This document shows, piece after piece, positions 12,301 to 23,398 of a DNA stretch of 64,000 bases. The stretch spans positions 702,227 through 766,226 of the forward strand of contig ML992501.1 of NCBI GenBank assembly GCA_010093995.1, in the 5' to 3' direction. A program made the position numbers and the translations under genes. The notes below the pieces were generated by a model. It did no database searches, was not told where the DNA came from, and saw only the letters and a list, made by a program, of their open reading frames with translations. Every line of letters starts with the position of its first letter. Positions within the stretch are counted from its first letter, which is position 1. This DNA comes from Elsinoe ampelina. Taxonomy: Eukaryota.

Positions 12301-15076
12301 TCAGGCATCTACCTTCTCCACCGCCCCAGCGGCCACAGTCTCCCCTCCATACCGCAGGACTACCCTCTCCGGCCTCTCGATCGCCACCGTCTCGTCAAAT
12401 TCGATGACCACTCTCGCTACTTCGCCAGCCTTGATGCGCTTCGGCGTGTTACGCAGCACTTGACTCGTCTGCGGATCTAGCCTACTGACGAGCTTCGTGA
12501 TGACTGCGCTCCCTCGCATGCGTCCCCTGTGTACATCCACCGGCATCGGAAAGACGGTGTTGAACGCCAGGATCTTCAACGTCGCTTTCTTGGTGGGCTG
12601 CACAGGCTTGTCAATCCCGCACAGCAGGTCGCCGCGGACGAAGCGCTCTTCGTCGCATTCTACTAGTTGCAGGCCTATGATTTGGCCTGGCACGGCGTAA
12701 TCGACCGGCTCGGAGTGCTTAGTGATGCCCTTGACGACAGCTGTCTCACCGCTAGGTTGTGCCACAATGCGGTCGCCGATCTGGATATTGCCGGCTTGGA
12801 CGCGGCCGTAAGCCGTGAAGCTTTCGCGGCCTGAGGGACCCAGGAATTCGGCCCATTCCGCGAGGCCGGAGAAGCCTGCGATTCGTAAACGGAACGGGTC
12901 GGTGATCTTGCCGAGGTACTGGTCGCGCTTGGGATGGATGGCGTCTAAGGCTTGGACAAGTGTAGGTCCGGTGTACCAAGGTGCTTTGTCGTTGAGAGGG
13001 GAGAGGACGTTGTCGCCTGTGAGGCCAGAGACGGGCACAAAGACTACCTCTGCCGGGTTGAATAGCTGTTCTGAGAGAAATTGGGTAGTTTGTGTGACGA
13101 TGTCGTTGAAGGATTCTGAAGACCAGGATACGCTGTCCATCTTGTTGATAGCAACGATGATACGCTCGAGCTTGTGACTCCTGACTACCTGCGCGTGCTC
13201 GCGTGTTTGACCTTTCAAGCCGGCGGCAAAGCTGTTAGCTCCAGCGTCGACGACTAGCAACGCAAAGTCTGCCATCGATGTACCGGCAATCATATTACCA
13301 ACAAAATCCCGGTGGCCAGGAGCATCGATGATGGTGAAGTTGGTATTCGGAGTGGAGAAGGACTTTTCGGCGTAGTCAATCGTCACTCCATGCTCACGCT
13401 CGTCTTCACGGGCGTCCATGACCCAGGCCAGATGGAAGGATTCTTTGCCGAGCTTGGCAGCTTCTCTGCGGTATTTCTCGAGTGATCTTGCGTCAATAAC
13501 ATTATGTTCGTAGAGGAGTCGTCCCATAAGTGTCGACTTGCCGTGGTCGATGTGCCCGACCACCACAAAGTTGAGCTCCTTTTTGGGCTTCGCATTTGCA
13601 TATTCGAATGCAACGTTGAGATTCTTGCTTTTTATCCTGTTAAACAATCAGTCAGTCTGGAAACAGCTAATGCAGGATAGACCGAGTACCTGACAGGCGG
13701 TGGAGGTGGCTGGCTGACATTGAGATTGTCGACTTCTTTCGACAACCTCTTCATATCTTTGCTCTCCTTCGCTGCTTTGGACGTCGAACCATTTGTCTTG
13801 CCTAGAGAGACATGCGTATCAGCCGACGTTTGGTCTCTATGACGCCGTCTTCACACCTTTGGCTTGTGCTTGTAGAACGATTCCGTCTGGGCTGGGTCCA
13901 TGGAAAGCAGAGGGGATCTCGGAGGAGCCAAGAAGGGTGAGTGAGATGCTGTCCCTAAAACTCCGAGGAGAAAGTCCAAATTTCGGGTGCAGTGGATCCC
14001 CAATCGTACGTGCGAAGTATGTAGGCTCGCAGTTCAGCTCGTTGACTGGCGGCAGTAAAGACTTCTGTTCCTCTGGAACCACTTCCGACTTCACCACCTC
14101 TGATTTCGGCGCGGCCGCTGGGGACGACGAGCGCTTGTTGCGGCTTGACAAGAGCACTATGGTCCGTCGTTCCGGTGCTGATTTCGTTGCCGGTAAGTCG
14201 TTTGAGCGACCCGCGGGTCTTGATGGAAGAGTTGCGCTAGACCCCTTTGAGCCGAGTCGATCTAGAAGGCTGACGGCATCCGATGCATTGTCCTTGTTCA
14301 GAGCATTGTTCTCCTTCCGCCGCTTTGCTAGTTCGGCTAATTTTGAGGTTTTTGCCGAGCCACCGAATAGATACAAGCGCGGTCGTCTCTCCACAGGGGT
14401 AAAAGTAGCTCCGTGACCTGATGAGGGGCTCGACCAAGATACGTCCCTAAACATGTCGGCCGGGACCAGAGACTCCGTCGGACCTCGAGCCGCTTCAGCA
14501 ACTGTTTGTATGGTGGAGTCGCTAGGTCTTTCGCTAGGTCTTGCCAAATGTATGCGATTGCATGGATCCAAGCCCGAGGAAGCACATGAGGGAAGATTGG
14601 ACTCACCATTGACAGTGACAGGAGTCTTCGCAGCCGACGCTGCAGCGGCTTGGTCGAACCGTGAAACTTCTTTTGGCTTCGTCTCCTTCGGTTTATGCTC
14701 GTCTAGACTGTATGTAAGCACCGCTTGGGACGAAAGGTTTGAAGCTCATTGGGTCGCATACTTTTCAGGTACGTCACTGTCTTTTCAATATCATAATAGT
14801 AGTGCCACAGAGCCTCTTCAATGGCGGAGTTCGAGATGTGCGAAGATTCACCTAGTATTGATCGTACTTTCGCAGTTCCCATTCGCAGCTGTTCTGACCG
14901 CTTATTAGTACGCTGGTCGTGCATGAGCCCAGAGAGATTCTACCTTTGTCGTCTTCGGTGAGCTCGTCGTCGCCTGTGTTGGCCGTTGCGTCACCATCCG
15001 CATATTCTTCCTCGTAGTCATCGTAGTCATCGTCGTCGTCATAATCGATGTTTTTTACTCTGCGGTGGCCAGACAT
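12301..15076 (-). CDS. HBS1: Hbs1 translational GTPase (HBS1/SKI7 locus with alternative Ski7-like exon extension)
   Basis: N-terminus MSGHRRVKNIDYDDDD; HBS1_N domain EALWHYYYDIEKTVTYL; GTPase GHIDHGKST, EREHGVTID, DAPGHRDF, NKMD, SGLTG. The distal donor 14606 and proximal donor 13856 both splice in frame to acceptor 13802. Confidence 0.93.
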
Positions 15077-15942
15077 GTTGGGTAGCAGTGTGGCGCTGTT
15101 CGTGATGTGGAGGCAGGAATCTCAATCAGTGGTTTTTTCCGAACGTTATAGGAGTTTCAAATCTATGTGCACCGACACCCTCCGGCTATGATGTAAACCT
15201 TGTCCTTGATGTGATATGGAGACGATGCATGGAAGGGCGATACCCAATTCGCTAATGAGCGGCAACCTGCGCTGACTCAGCATCCAATGTGACGTCACAT
15301 CGTGCAAACGACTGAGGTGCACAACGAACGGACAACCTATCACATCTCGTTTCGCGGAGTATAGAAAGCAGTATCAACTTGCTGTCATGAACAGTGAGGA
15401 TATACTGCCTCGTTGGCAAAGGTATAGTCTTCTTCCTTCTCCTCGGTGATTCTGTGTGAAAGCGGGGCAATGAGGGGCAGCAACAGAAACAAGTATTGAG
15501 TATACGTTGTAGCCATGGCGTTTGTGTTCCCAGAAGACTTCAAGTTCGTGTTCCGTTCCATATCAGCAATTCAAGATAAGCTCGTCAAGCTTCGTGCAAG
15601 CTCTGGAGGGATTGTGCAGATCCTCCGTGTTGCTGAAGATCCTTTCCCCCTCTCCACCAATTCGATCCGACTTTTTGCGGAGTATCGACCTGATCGCAGC
15701 AGGACAAGGCAAGCATCATCATGAGCGTTCTCATGAGCGTTCCGGTACGCCGCGAAATGAGAACTTTGACCCCACGACTGACGCTCTGGAAGGCTGAAAG
15801 CATGCTTAGGCTCTACGCAAATCATCCAGATGAACCATAGAACTGAAGTGACGTGGCTTTTCTTCACTGTCTATATCGTCGTCTATTCTTCTTGGCTAAT
15901 GTATTCCCTTCCCACGTTCTATAAGAATTATCATAAACACCA

Positions 15943-16266
15943 ATGGCTGGCAAGGAGTCCCACACAGAACGCAAGATCTCTCTAGGCAGAGGTGGTGCTG
16001 GCAACCTTCGTAGGTATTGTTTCTTTGTGTCGTGGATGACGACGCTGATTCCATCAGGTCGACCATCTGACATTCGAAATGCCTGGTCAGCTCTTCAAGA
16101 AGAAAAACATGGTAAGCTGGCTCATATCCAGACTTGTGCCGGTGCTAACCATGGACTAGATCCTGAATCAAGTTCTCGAAGATCCAGTTCGTCCAGCGAA
16201 GGCAAGCGGAGACTCAGTAGCTGGTCATCATCGATCCTTTCTCGTCCACGCAGCAACGATTCTTGA
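15943..16266 (+). CDS. Small (~75 aa spliced) GRGGAGN-motif protein (DUF3602/Par32-like)
   Basis: ISLGRGGAGNL motif. Two canonical 48-nt introns: 16010-16057 (GTAGGT..GCTGAT..CAG) and 16112-16159 (GTAAGC..GCTAAC..TAG). Ser/Arg-rich tail. Confidence 0.7.
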   Translation: MAGKESHTERKISLGRGGAGNLRRYCFFVSWMTTLIPSGRPSDIRNAWSALQEEKHGKLAHIQTCAGANHGLDPESSSRRSSSSSEGKRRLSSWSSSILSRPRSNDS

Positions 16267-16346
16267 TTATCCACGACAGCTCGATGACCCATAACGACAT
16301 GATACCTTGGCAGTCCCGGTCGAGATACCGTCTCAGACCACAAGCT

Positions 16347-17315
16347 TCATAGATGCCCTTGTACGATTACATTTGACGGCGTCCCTTTGGCGTAATTCTC
16401 AATGTTCTCGTGCACCACTTTCTTCGCCCCATCAAGTGTCGTCTTGCTGAACCAAGCAATATGCGGGCTCAGCACCAGATTCGGGATCCCCTCTTCCAAC
16501 AACGGACTATTCTCCTTCGTCGCCGGCTCCTCCTCAAACACATCCGTCGCCGCCCCAGCGATCCACTTCTCCTTCAAAGCTCTCACCAGCATCTTCTCAT
16601 CCACAATCCCTCCCCTCCCCACATTAACCACAATCACATCCTCCCTCATACCCCTCAACTCCACCTCCCCAATCATCCCCCTCGTCCCCTCATCAAGCGG
16701 GGCACAAAGCACCACAACCGTCGCCGCCCTCAACCCCTCCTCAAACCCGACCCTCCCCTCCCTCACCCCCTCCACCCCCTTCCTCTCCGCGACCAGCACC
16801 CTCATCTCATTCCTCCCCATCAAATCCCCCACCCCCTTCCCCAAAGCCCCATACCCCACCACTAAACACGTCTCCTCCCGATTCGTCCTCGGAGCACCCA
16901 AATCCCACTCCCCAATCAACATCTTCCTCTTCCCCCACGTCCGCCCATCCCGCGTAAACCCATCCATCTCCACCACTTTCCGCTTCACGGCGAGAAACAG
17001 CGCAAGGGCATGCTCGCTCACGCTGGCTATGTTTTGCGCGGGCGTGTTGCACAGCGTGATGCCCCGCTCTTGGCAGGCAGGGATGGAGATGTTGTCGACG
17101 CCGGTGCCCATGCAGATGATGGCGCGGAGGGCGGGGCAGTGTTGCGTGATGGTGGTGTGGGAGAGGTGCACGGCGGCGGTGACGAGGATGGTGGCGGTGG
17201 AGAGGGAGGGGAGGATGGTGTCTACGTGGGTGTTTTTGAGGTGGGTGAGGGTGTGGGGGAAGGTGAAGGTCGGAGGGGCGAAGGGGGCGTTGAGGATGAG
17301 GATGTGGTGTTGCAT
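16347..17315 (-). CDS. D-isomer-specific 2-hydroxyacid dehydrogenase (glycerate dehydrogenase-like)
   Basis: GTGVDNI, NAD-binding VVGYGALG, VNVGRGGIVDE, ATDVFEEEP, LSPHIAW. Confidence 0.92.
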   Translation of the reverse strand: MQHHILILNAPFAPPTFTFPHTLTHLKNTHVDTILPSLSTATILVTAAVHLSHTTITQHCPALRAIICMGTGVDNISIPACQERGITLCNTPAQNIASVSEHALALFLAVKRKVVEMDGFTRDGRTWGKRKMLIGEWDLGAPRTNREETCLVVGYGALGKGVGDLMGRNEMRVLVAERKGVEGVREGRVGFEEGLRAATVVVLCAPLDEGTRGMIGEVELRGMREDVIVVNVGRGGIVDEKMLVRALKEKWIAGAATDVFEEEPATKENSPLLEEGIPNLVLSPHIAWFSKTTLDGAKKVVHENIENYAKGTPSNVIVQGHL

Positions 17316-18135
17316 TGTCGTGGTAGGGCTGTGGGTGTCTTTAGGGTTGGAGGTCGTCTGGCTGGGTGGTTGGGAGAGTGCAGTCGATGGTCTTCAGGGT
17401 CAATGATTGTGGGATTAGCTGGTCCGACGCCGGTTCTTTGTATATAACCTGGCATCAAACGAGTAAGGAAAAAAAATCGGATATGTTGTACGTCGATCTG
17501 AGCATTCGTGGCAGAGATACTAGATTAGTGGGAGATATCAGCACGCCCTGTCGTGATCACCGGCAACGCCGAGGCAAGCCGTCCGAGCTGAGTATACGGG
17601 CACCCTACTCTGTTAGAGGCTTGATTAATACTTGTTCTGTTGGATGACGATCGTTACAGGCTTGATCTAGTCAGGAGAACAATGTGAAAGGACCTGCGCG
17701 TCCGCTGGCATTATTTACAGAGCATTGGGGCTCAGCCGATATCGGCGAGGCCATAGCCGTTGGTCGGCTTGTAACTACTGACCAAGTCGATGCGACATTG
17801 TGGGCATTCATCTAGAATCAAGCGGCACCCGGAATGATCTCTATCGTTTTTCCATGTCTATTTGCTTGGGACGCTTAAACGCAGGTAACATCATGCCTGA
17901 CCTTGACGCTCCAAATGCTCCACGCTGCAGTATCCAAGAACCACAATACTGGTGGCCGTTCGTCGTAGTAATCTCAGGGTCTCAATATCCATATCCGCCA
18001 AAGTCTCGTTCGTCGGCGATGAGACGTTGCTATTAAGAGTCAGTATACCGCCAGACCATGACATTGCACAATAGGTAGACGGTGAGGAGGTTCAAGCCAA
18101 ACATACAAAAAACAGCGGACGAATGACCCAGAGGA

Positions 18136-18990
18136 TCATACCTTGGCATGGATGTTTGCAGCCTTTTGATATCCCTGTTCCTCCCACTGCTTGGCGGTTG
18201 TTCGCTGGAGGTTCTTCTGCTCCTCCTTGCCGAGAGGCTTCTCAGTACCGGCTCTTCGCGAGAGAGAATCAGGAGTTTCGACAAACGTCGCCTCGGTTGC
18301 GGATCTGAATGTGTAGGTTCGCCATTCGGTATTGGCCCAACCAGTTCCTACATGACGGTTATTAAGGATAATGTCGAATTCGCCGAGGTGATGATGTGGG
18401 TGATAAGCAACAGGACTAGTGCTTGTGGGATGATCGTGGTGCTAACCTGCGAATCTGTCCGTTCCTGTCCAATCTTCGGTGAAGTAATGGAGGAAGCCGC
18501 CGTGGGTAACAACGACAATGTCCTTCTCCGGTCGAGCATGGAGCCACTTGCGCGCCGCCGCGGCACGAGCGATGATGGCGTCTGCGTGAGGGGCCCATTT
18601 ACCCTTCTTGTCGTTCCAGTGCTGACCTTCGGGCGTTTCAAGAGCAGAGAGGTCGATTGGCTTTCCCTCGAACTCTTTGGCGATCTCGGCAGGAGAGCTA
18701 CCAGTATCGCAGGGAAGGTCGGAAGTCTCTTGTAGCTCTGGCATGGTGATGATCTTGAGATGCCGATTGATAATAGGCTCGGGGAAAGAGTAAAGAGCTG
18801 TGTAGATGGTGCGCTTCAAAGGCGAGGCAACGACCAGCTCGACATCATTCTTGAAAGGGAAGTCCTTTGCGAGAGTACGGCATTGTTCGATGCCAGCAGG
18901 TGTGAGTAAAGGGTCGTGAATGGCGTGGTTCTTGACACTCAGATTGTGGAAGCCTTGAGCATGGCGGACCAGATGCACTGTAGGTGGCAT
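18136..18990 (-). CDS. Histidine phosphatase / phosphoglycerate mutase-like protein
   Basis: LVRHAQGFHN, ASPLKRT, ELQE...PCDTGS, VVTHGGFL. One intron (~18347-18445), then GTGWANTEWR...NIHAKV* (TGA at 18136-18138). Confidence 0.88.
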
Positions 18991-20028
18991 GTGTTTAGAA
19001 TGATGCTGTGATCAATACCTAGGCTACTAGATGATTGGTGAGGATCCTGATAGTAATCTCTGTTAGGTAAAGTATGTAAAAGTGATTCGAGATTCAAGCT
19101 ATTGAAGTTTTGAAGAAAAGTAACAAGAGTCAAGGGCACATCGTCATCGCCCGGTCGTGCCTACCGTATTTCACCTTGGCCGCGAGAAACGTTCCCGGCG
19201 GTGTGGGTCATAACCCGTCCTGGGGAGCAAAGGGGACTATGCAGGCGATAAGAAAAGCTAATCAGGTGCAGAGGTACGCTTGACAGCTATTTCCGAGACA
19301 TCCAGTGTCGTATATCTGCAAAGGTGGAATGCAGAAAGGATGGGAATCTACCTGATCTTCTGCTTTTGACCCACGTCACCGCCAGACAACACCAAAAAGA
19401 AACCTGCAGATGTTCACGCGGCTCGCCGCGGATGTCGGTTTCACAAGGCTGATTCTGGTTGAATTCCCATTCGTCCCTCGCCGATCTGACCCGTATTCTC
19501 GGCGATTCGTCCGGCAGCGACTAGTTCAGATCGGGCCGCATCAGTGACCCTGTATCTCTTCGACGTGAAGCTGATACCTATTTGCACGCAAAACACGTAT
19601 CCAGGATATCATCTCCAGTACTCAGTTTGCGTAGAGGTGACCACATATCAGCCTACATCAGCGCCGTCGCTCGAGGACTTTTTGCCTCAAGTCGTGTTGA
19701 GGTGGTATGGATGGGAGAGAGTCGACCTGTTACTCTGGCACAACCTCGATGCATCTGCTTGTTCAGTGTTATCCATTGACCTTCGGCGGGGACAGAGCAA
19801 GAGCTGTCTTTTCGATGGCATTACAACTACTTGTACAGCTTCTTGAGGTTGAGAAGCCCTGTAGCTTCTTCCGAAGCCGGAGGCCGGAATGTTTCCAGCT
19901 TTCTTGTTGAGGCCGGAATGCATCCGGCCTCTTGGATATATAGGTCAGCTGTTCCCCCCTGATCCAGACTTTTCAACATTTCATCACACTCTCGAAATCC
20001 GTCATCCCCGCCTTCGATACTCACATCC

Positions 20029-21451
20029 ATGGCATCGCACTTCAAGTTCAATGTCCTCACGGACCTCAAGCCCAATGACACTTCCATACCAGCGTTCATG
20101 GTCTCCAAAGAACGTGGATTTTTGCCACGACAGGACCCTGTGGTCAAGTTGCCTATAGAGTTCGAGCCACTGGAGTCGATCCTGAGCCGTATGCCTATCA
20201 AGACACTCGAAGGAAGTCCTGGGCTACTCGCAGACTTCAACCTCGGTCCTACGGTCGAGCAAGAGTTTCCAGATCTGTCAGCCTCGGTCGAGAAGTACAA
20301 GCATGATTTACCCCTTATGAATGCGCTATACCGGGACTATTCATTCTTGGCCTCTGCATACCTGCTTGAGCCCTGCCACGAGCGCTTCATGCGTGGCGAG
20401 CAGTACGGTCTTGGTCGTCAGACCTTGCCCAAGAACATCGCTCTTCCCATCACAAAGGTGGCGCAGTTCGCTGGGTTCATGCCGTTCATGGAATATGCTG
20501 GCAGCTATGCTTTGTTCAACTACCGGCTGCAGGACCCTGCACTTGGTCTTGAGTACGACAATTTGCGACTCATTCGTGCCTTTGAGCTCGGCATGGACCC
20601 GACTTCTTCCGAGGCTGGGTTCGTGCTTGTACACATTGCCATGGTCAAGCACTCTGGGGCACTGGTCTCCGGTGCGGTCGACGCTCTCAATGGTGCCTTG
20701 GGCAAGGACCGTGAGACGTTCAATGCGGGGATGACGGATCTCGTCAAAGCACTTGATCAGATCAACAAAGTCATGAACAGTCAGTTGCTTGCCTTTAGTA
20801 TTGTGCTGTACTAACATTGCACCAGCCATGTGGACCAAGAGTAAGCCAAACGGCTACACCAGCTTCAGGACCTTCATTTTCGGTATCACTTCGCAGAGCA
20901 TGTTTCCGAACGGGGTCATCTACGAAGGAGTCAGCGAAGAGCCCATGTCATTCCGTGGCGAGTCTGGTGCCAACGACAGTATGGTGCCTTTGTGTGACAA
21001 CCTGCTCCAGATTAGTATGCCAGACACACCTTTAACCAACATCCTCAAGGACTTCAGGCAGTATCGCCCTGGAAATCACAGAGACTTCCTCGAGTCTGTG
21101 AAAGAGCATGCAGATCTTGGAGGACTGAAGGAATATGCTTTGTCTGATCCCGGGTCTGCATCTCTCTACCTGAGGGCTCTGGACCAAGTCCGCGACTTCC
21201 GCTGGAGGCACTGGTGCTTCACCCGCGAATACATCCTTCGCCAGACATCTCATCCTACCGCTACCGGCGGTTCACCCATTGTCACCTGGCTGCCCAATCA
21301 GTTGCAGGCCGTAATCGCATCTATGGTCGATGCTTATGGCTACTGCAAGGATGTCAAGGGCACCGCTGACATTATGGATGTCGCTCGCTCCCAGCAAGCT
21401 ACTCTGAACAAGGAGGTCGCCAAGTACTGCTCCGAACGAGGCGTCGCTTAA
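20029..21451 (+). CDS. Indoleamine 2,3-dioxygenase family protein (fungal IDO-gamma-like), 2 exons
   Basis: RGFLP, SEAGFVLVH, FRTFIFG, FRGESGANDS, FRWRHW, TATGGSPIVTWLP. Intron ~20780-20825 (GTCAGT..CTAAC..CAG). Confidence 0.88.
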
Positions 21452-21997
21452 ACCTTACTCAGGAAGTCTTCGACCTATTCTACAACGCTGTTGTTTCTGA
21501 TTTGCTATTCCAACTACGACACGCTCCTTACTCGCGCATGTTTTATTCCAGTACTCTGCATGGCTCCAGTCATGTGAGCAAAGAGGCTACGAAAGTACTC
21601 TACGCGCGGCGAGCTCGCGGTTACAAGCCGCCCGTGTGAGCAACGAGGCACAACGAATTTCTTTGGTACTCTGCATAGCGCTTTTGCATCTAGCGTTATG
21701 TGAGCAATGAGGCATTATGATACCCCGGGTTGCATTTCTTGTACGATTTACGTACTCTGCATGGTCAGGCATTGGGCACCATGTGAGCAATTAGAGGCAG
21801 AGAAAGATACCCCTGGGATCTGCGAATATATAGTTATTGATTTATACACATCCTTTTGTGTGGCTCCTGCCGCTCGCGCGTGCACGTGATCTCTCCGCCT
21901 ATTCGTGGCTTCCGGACCGCATCCCCGCCTCGATCCAACTTTCTTGCTCCGCACCACCACTCTTGCTATCTTTCACGCCATCCGAGTCGCCTGCAAC

Positions 21998-22636
21998 ATG
22001 GCAGACAAGAAGGGCGCCTATGGCTCCGCCGGCGGCGACACCGACTTCCGCCGCACCTGGGACAAAGCTGAATACACCGCCAAAGCTGCCGCCCGCGAAG
22101 CCAAACTCAAGGAAGAAGGACGAGCCCGCCATGAAGCCGCGCTCGCTGGCAAGAAATACCACCGCCGTGCCTCCACCCCGCCCGACGCGAAAGAGACCGA
22201 AGCCCGCAAGACTCGCCTCGATGTCTCCGCACAGATCGGCAAGACGATGCTCGTCCCCATGGGCTCCGCGGTGGGCAAGCGGGGTCGAGGAGCGGGGTTC
22301 TACTGCGAGAACTGCGACTTGACATTCAAGGACAATTTGCAGTTCGTGGAGCATCTGAATAGTAAGCAGCATTTGGTTGCGACTGGGCAGACGGGGGAGG
22401 TGAGGAGGGCGACGGTGGAGGAGGTGAGGGAGAGGTTGGAGTGGTTGGTGCGGAAGAAGGAGGAGGAGAAGGCGAGGGAGACGGTGGATTTGGGGACGAG
22501 GTTGGAGATTGCGAAGGATGTGGAGGAGAGGGAGAGGGAGGAGAAGAGGCGGAAGAGGAATGAGAAGAGGAGGAAGACGAAGGATGGGAGGGGTGTGGAG
22601 GCGGTGAAGGTGGAGGATGATGGGGTGATCAGGTGA
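21998..22636 (+). CDS. SNU23: U4/U6.U5 tri-snRNP zinc-finger protein Snu23/ZMAT2
   Basis: DTDFRRTWDK; GAGFYCENCDLTFKDNLQFVEHLNSKQH (matrin-type ZnF); RATVEEVRERL. First ATG at 21998. Confidence 0.92.
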   Translation: MADKKGAYGSAGGDTDFRRTWDKAEYTAKAAAREAKLKEEGRARHEAALAGKKYHRRASTPPDAKETEARKTRLDVSAQIGKTMLVPMGSAVGKRGRGAGFYCENCDLTFKDNLQFVEHLNSKQHLVATGQTGEVRRATVEEVRERLEWLVRKKEEEKARETVDLGTRLEIAKDVEEREREEKRRKRNEKRRKTKDGRGVEAVKVEDDGVIR

Positions 22637-23398
22637 ACAAGAGTTGGATTCAAGGACACAAGGTTTTCTTCTCGAGACTACATGTCGTTGTAAGGGCCTT
22701 CGACGAGGCTATTGTTATGCTGCTCGATGGTCCGCTCGATGGTTCTGACAGATTGCCGGCAGGAACAGCCAGCAATTGCCCATCGCGGACTTCATTCGAC
22801 CGCTAGAGCCGACCACTTAAGAGCCAAGTTGCTTTAAGGATTGTCAGGCAGTGGACATCAACTGGAATGAGTAGCTCAAAGACAATGCTTGATCCAGGCA
22901 GCAAGATGATGCCACACCCGGCAGGCGCCTGCTGGATGAAGGGGTAGCGAGGACTCGGAAGCCTACTGTGGCCGGCCGGCAAGGCGACAATGCCATCGAA
23001 ATAGATGGATGACTCCGGCAGACACTTCAGAAACACCAGATGTCGCTCTAGCAGCCTTAAACCACATACATCACTGGAGGTGAAGGGGAATGGTGAGCAT
23101 GGTTAAACTTTTTAAGGACGCCTGCTTGTTAAGAATTACCAATTTGAGCCTAGCTTGAAATCCCCGCGGTCCCTTGATTGAAACTTTCGGCGCGTGTTTT
23201 GATGTCCAAACCCACGTAAACATACAGTCTCACGACTATACCACCATTCACTCCTTCAACAATAGAACTTTAGACACCCACGAATCTGATGATGACCACG
23301 CACATGTAATCACATGCTATCACGAGCTCTGTTCTGATTGACGCCTATCACGCTAGCCCGTTTGGGTTATCAGCAATCACTTTACACGTTACGCGACA

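Noticed and set aside
16340..16360. Peroxisomal signal or stop readthrough for the dehydrogenase (-GHL*)
   Set aside because: Not a consensus PTS1, and the stop context (TGA AGC) is not the TGA CTA readthrough motif.
16402..17406. 334-aa plus-strand ORF overlapping the dehydrogenase
   Set aside because: Antisense shadow caused by extreme codon skew; no motifs.
23180..23398. MCB-like CGCG motifs upstream of TOP2
   Set aside because: No perfect ACGCGT; short motifs are expected by chance.
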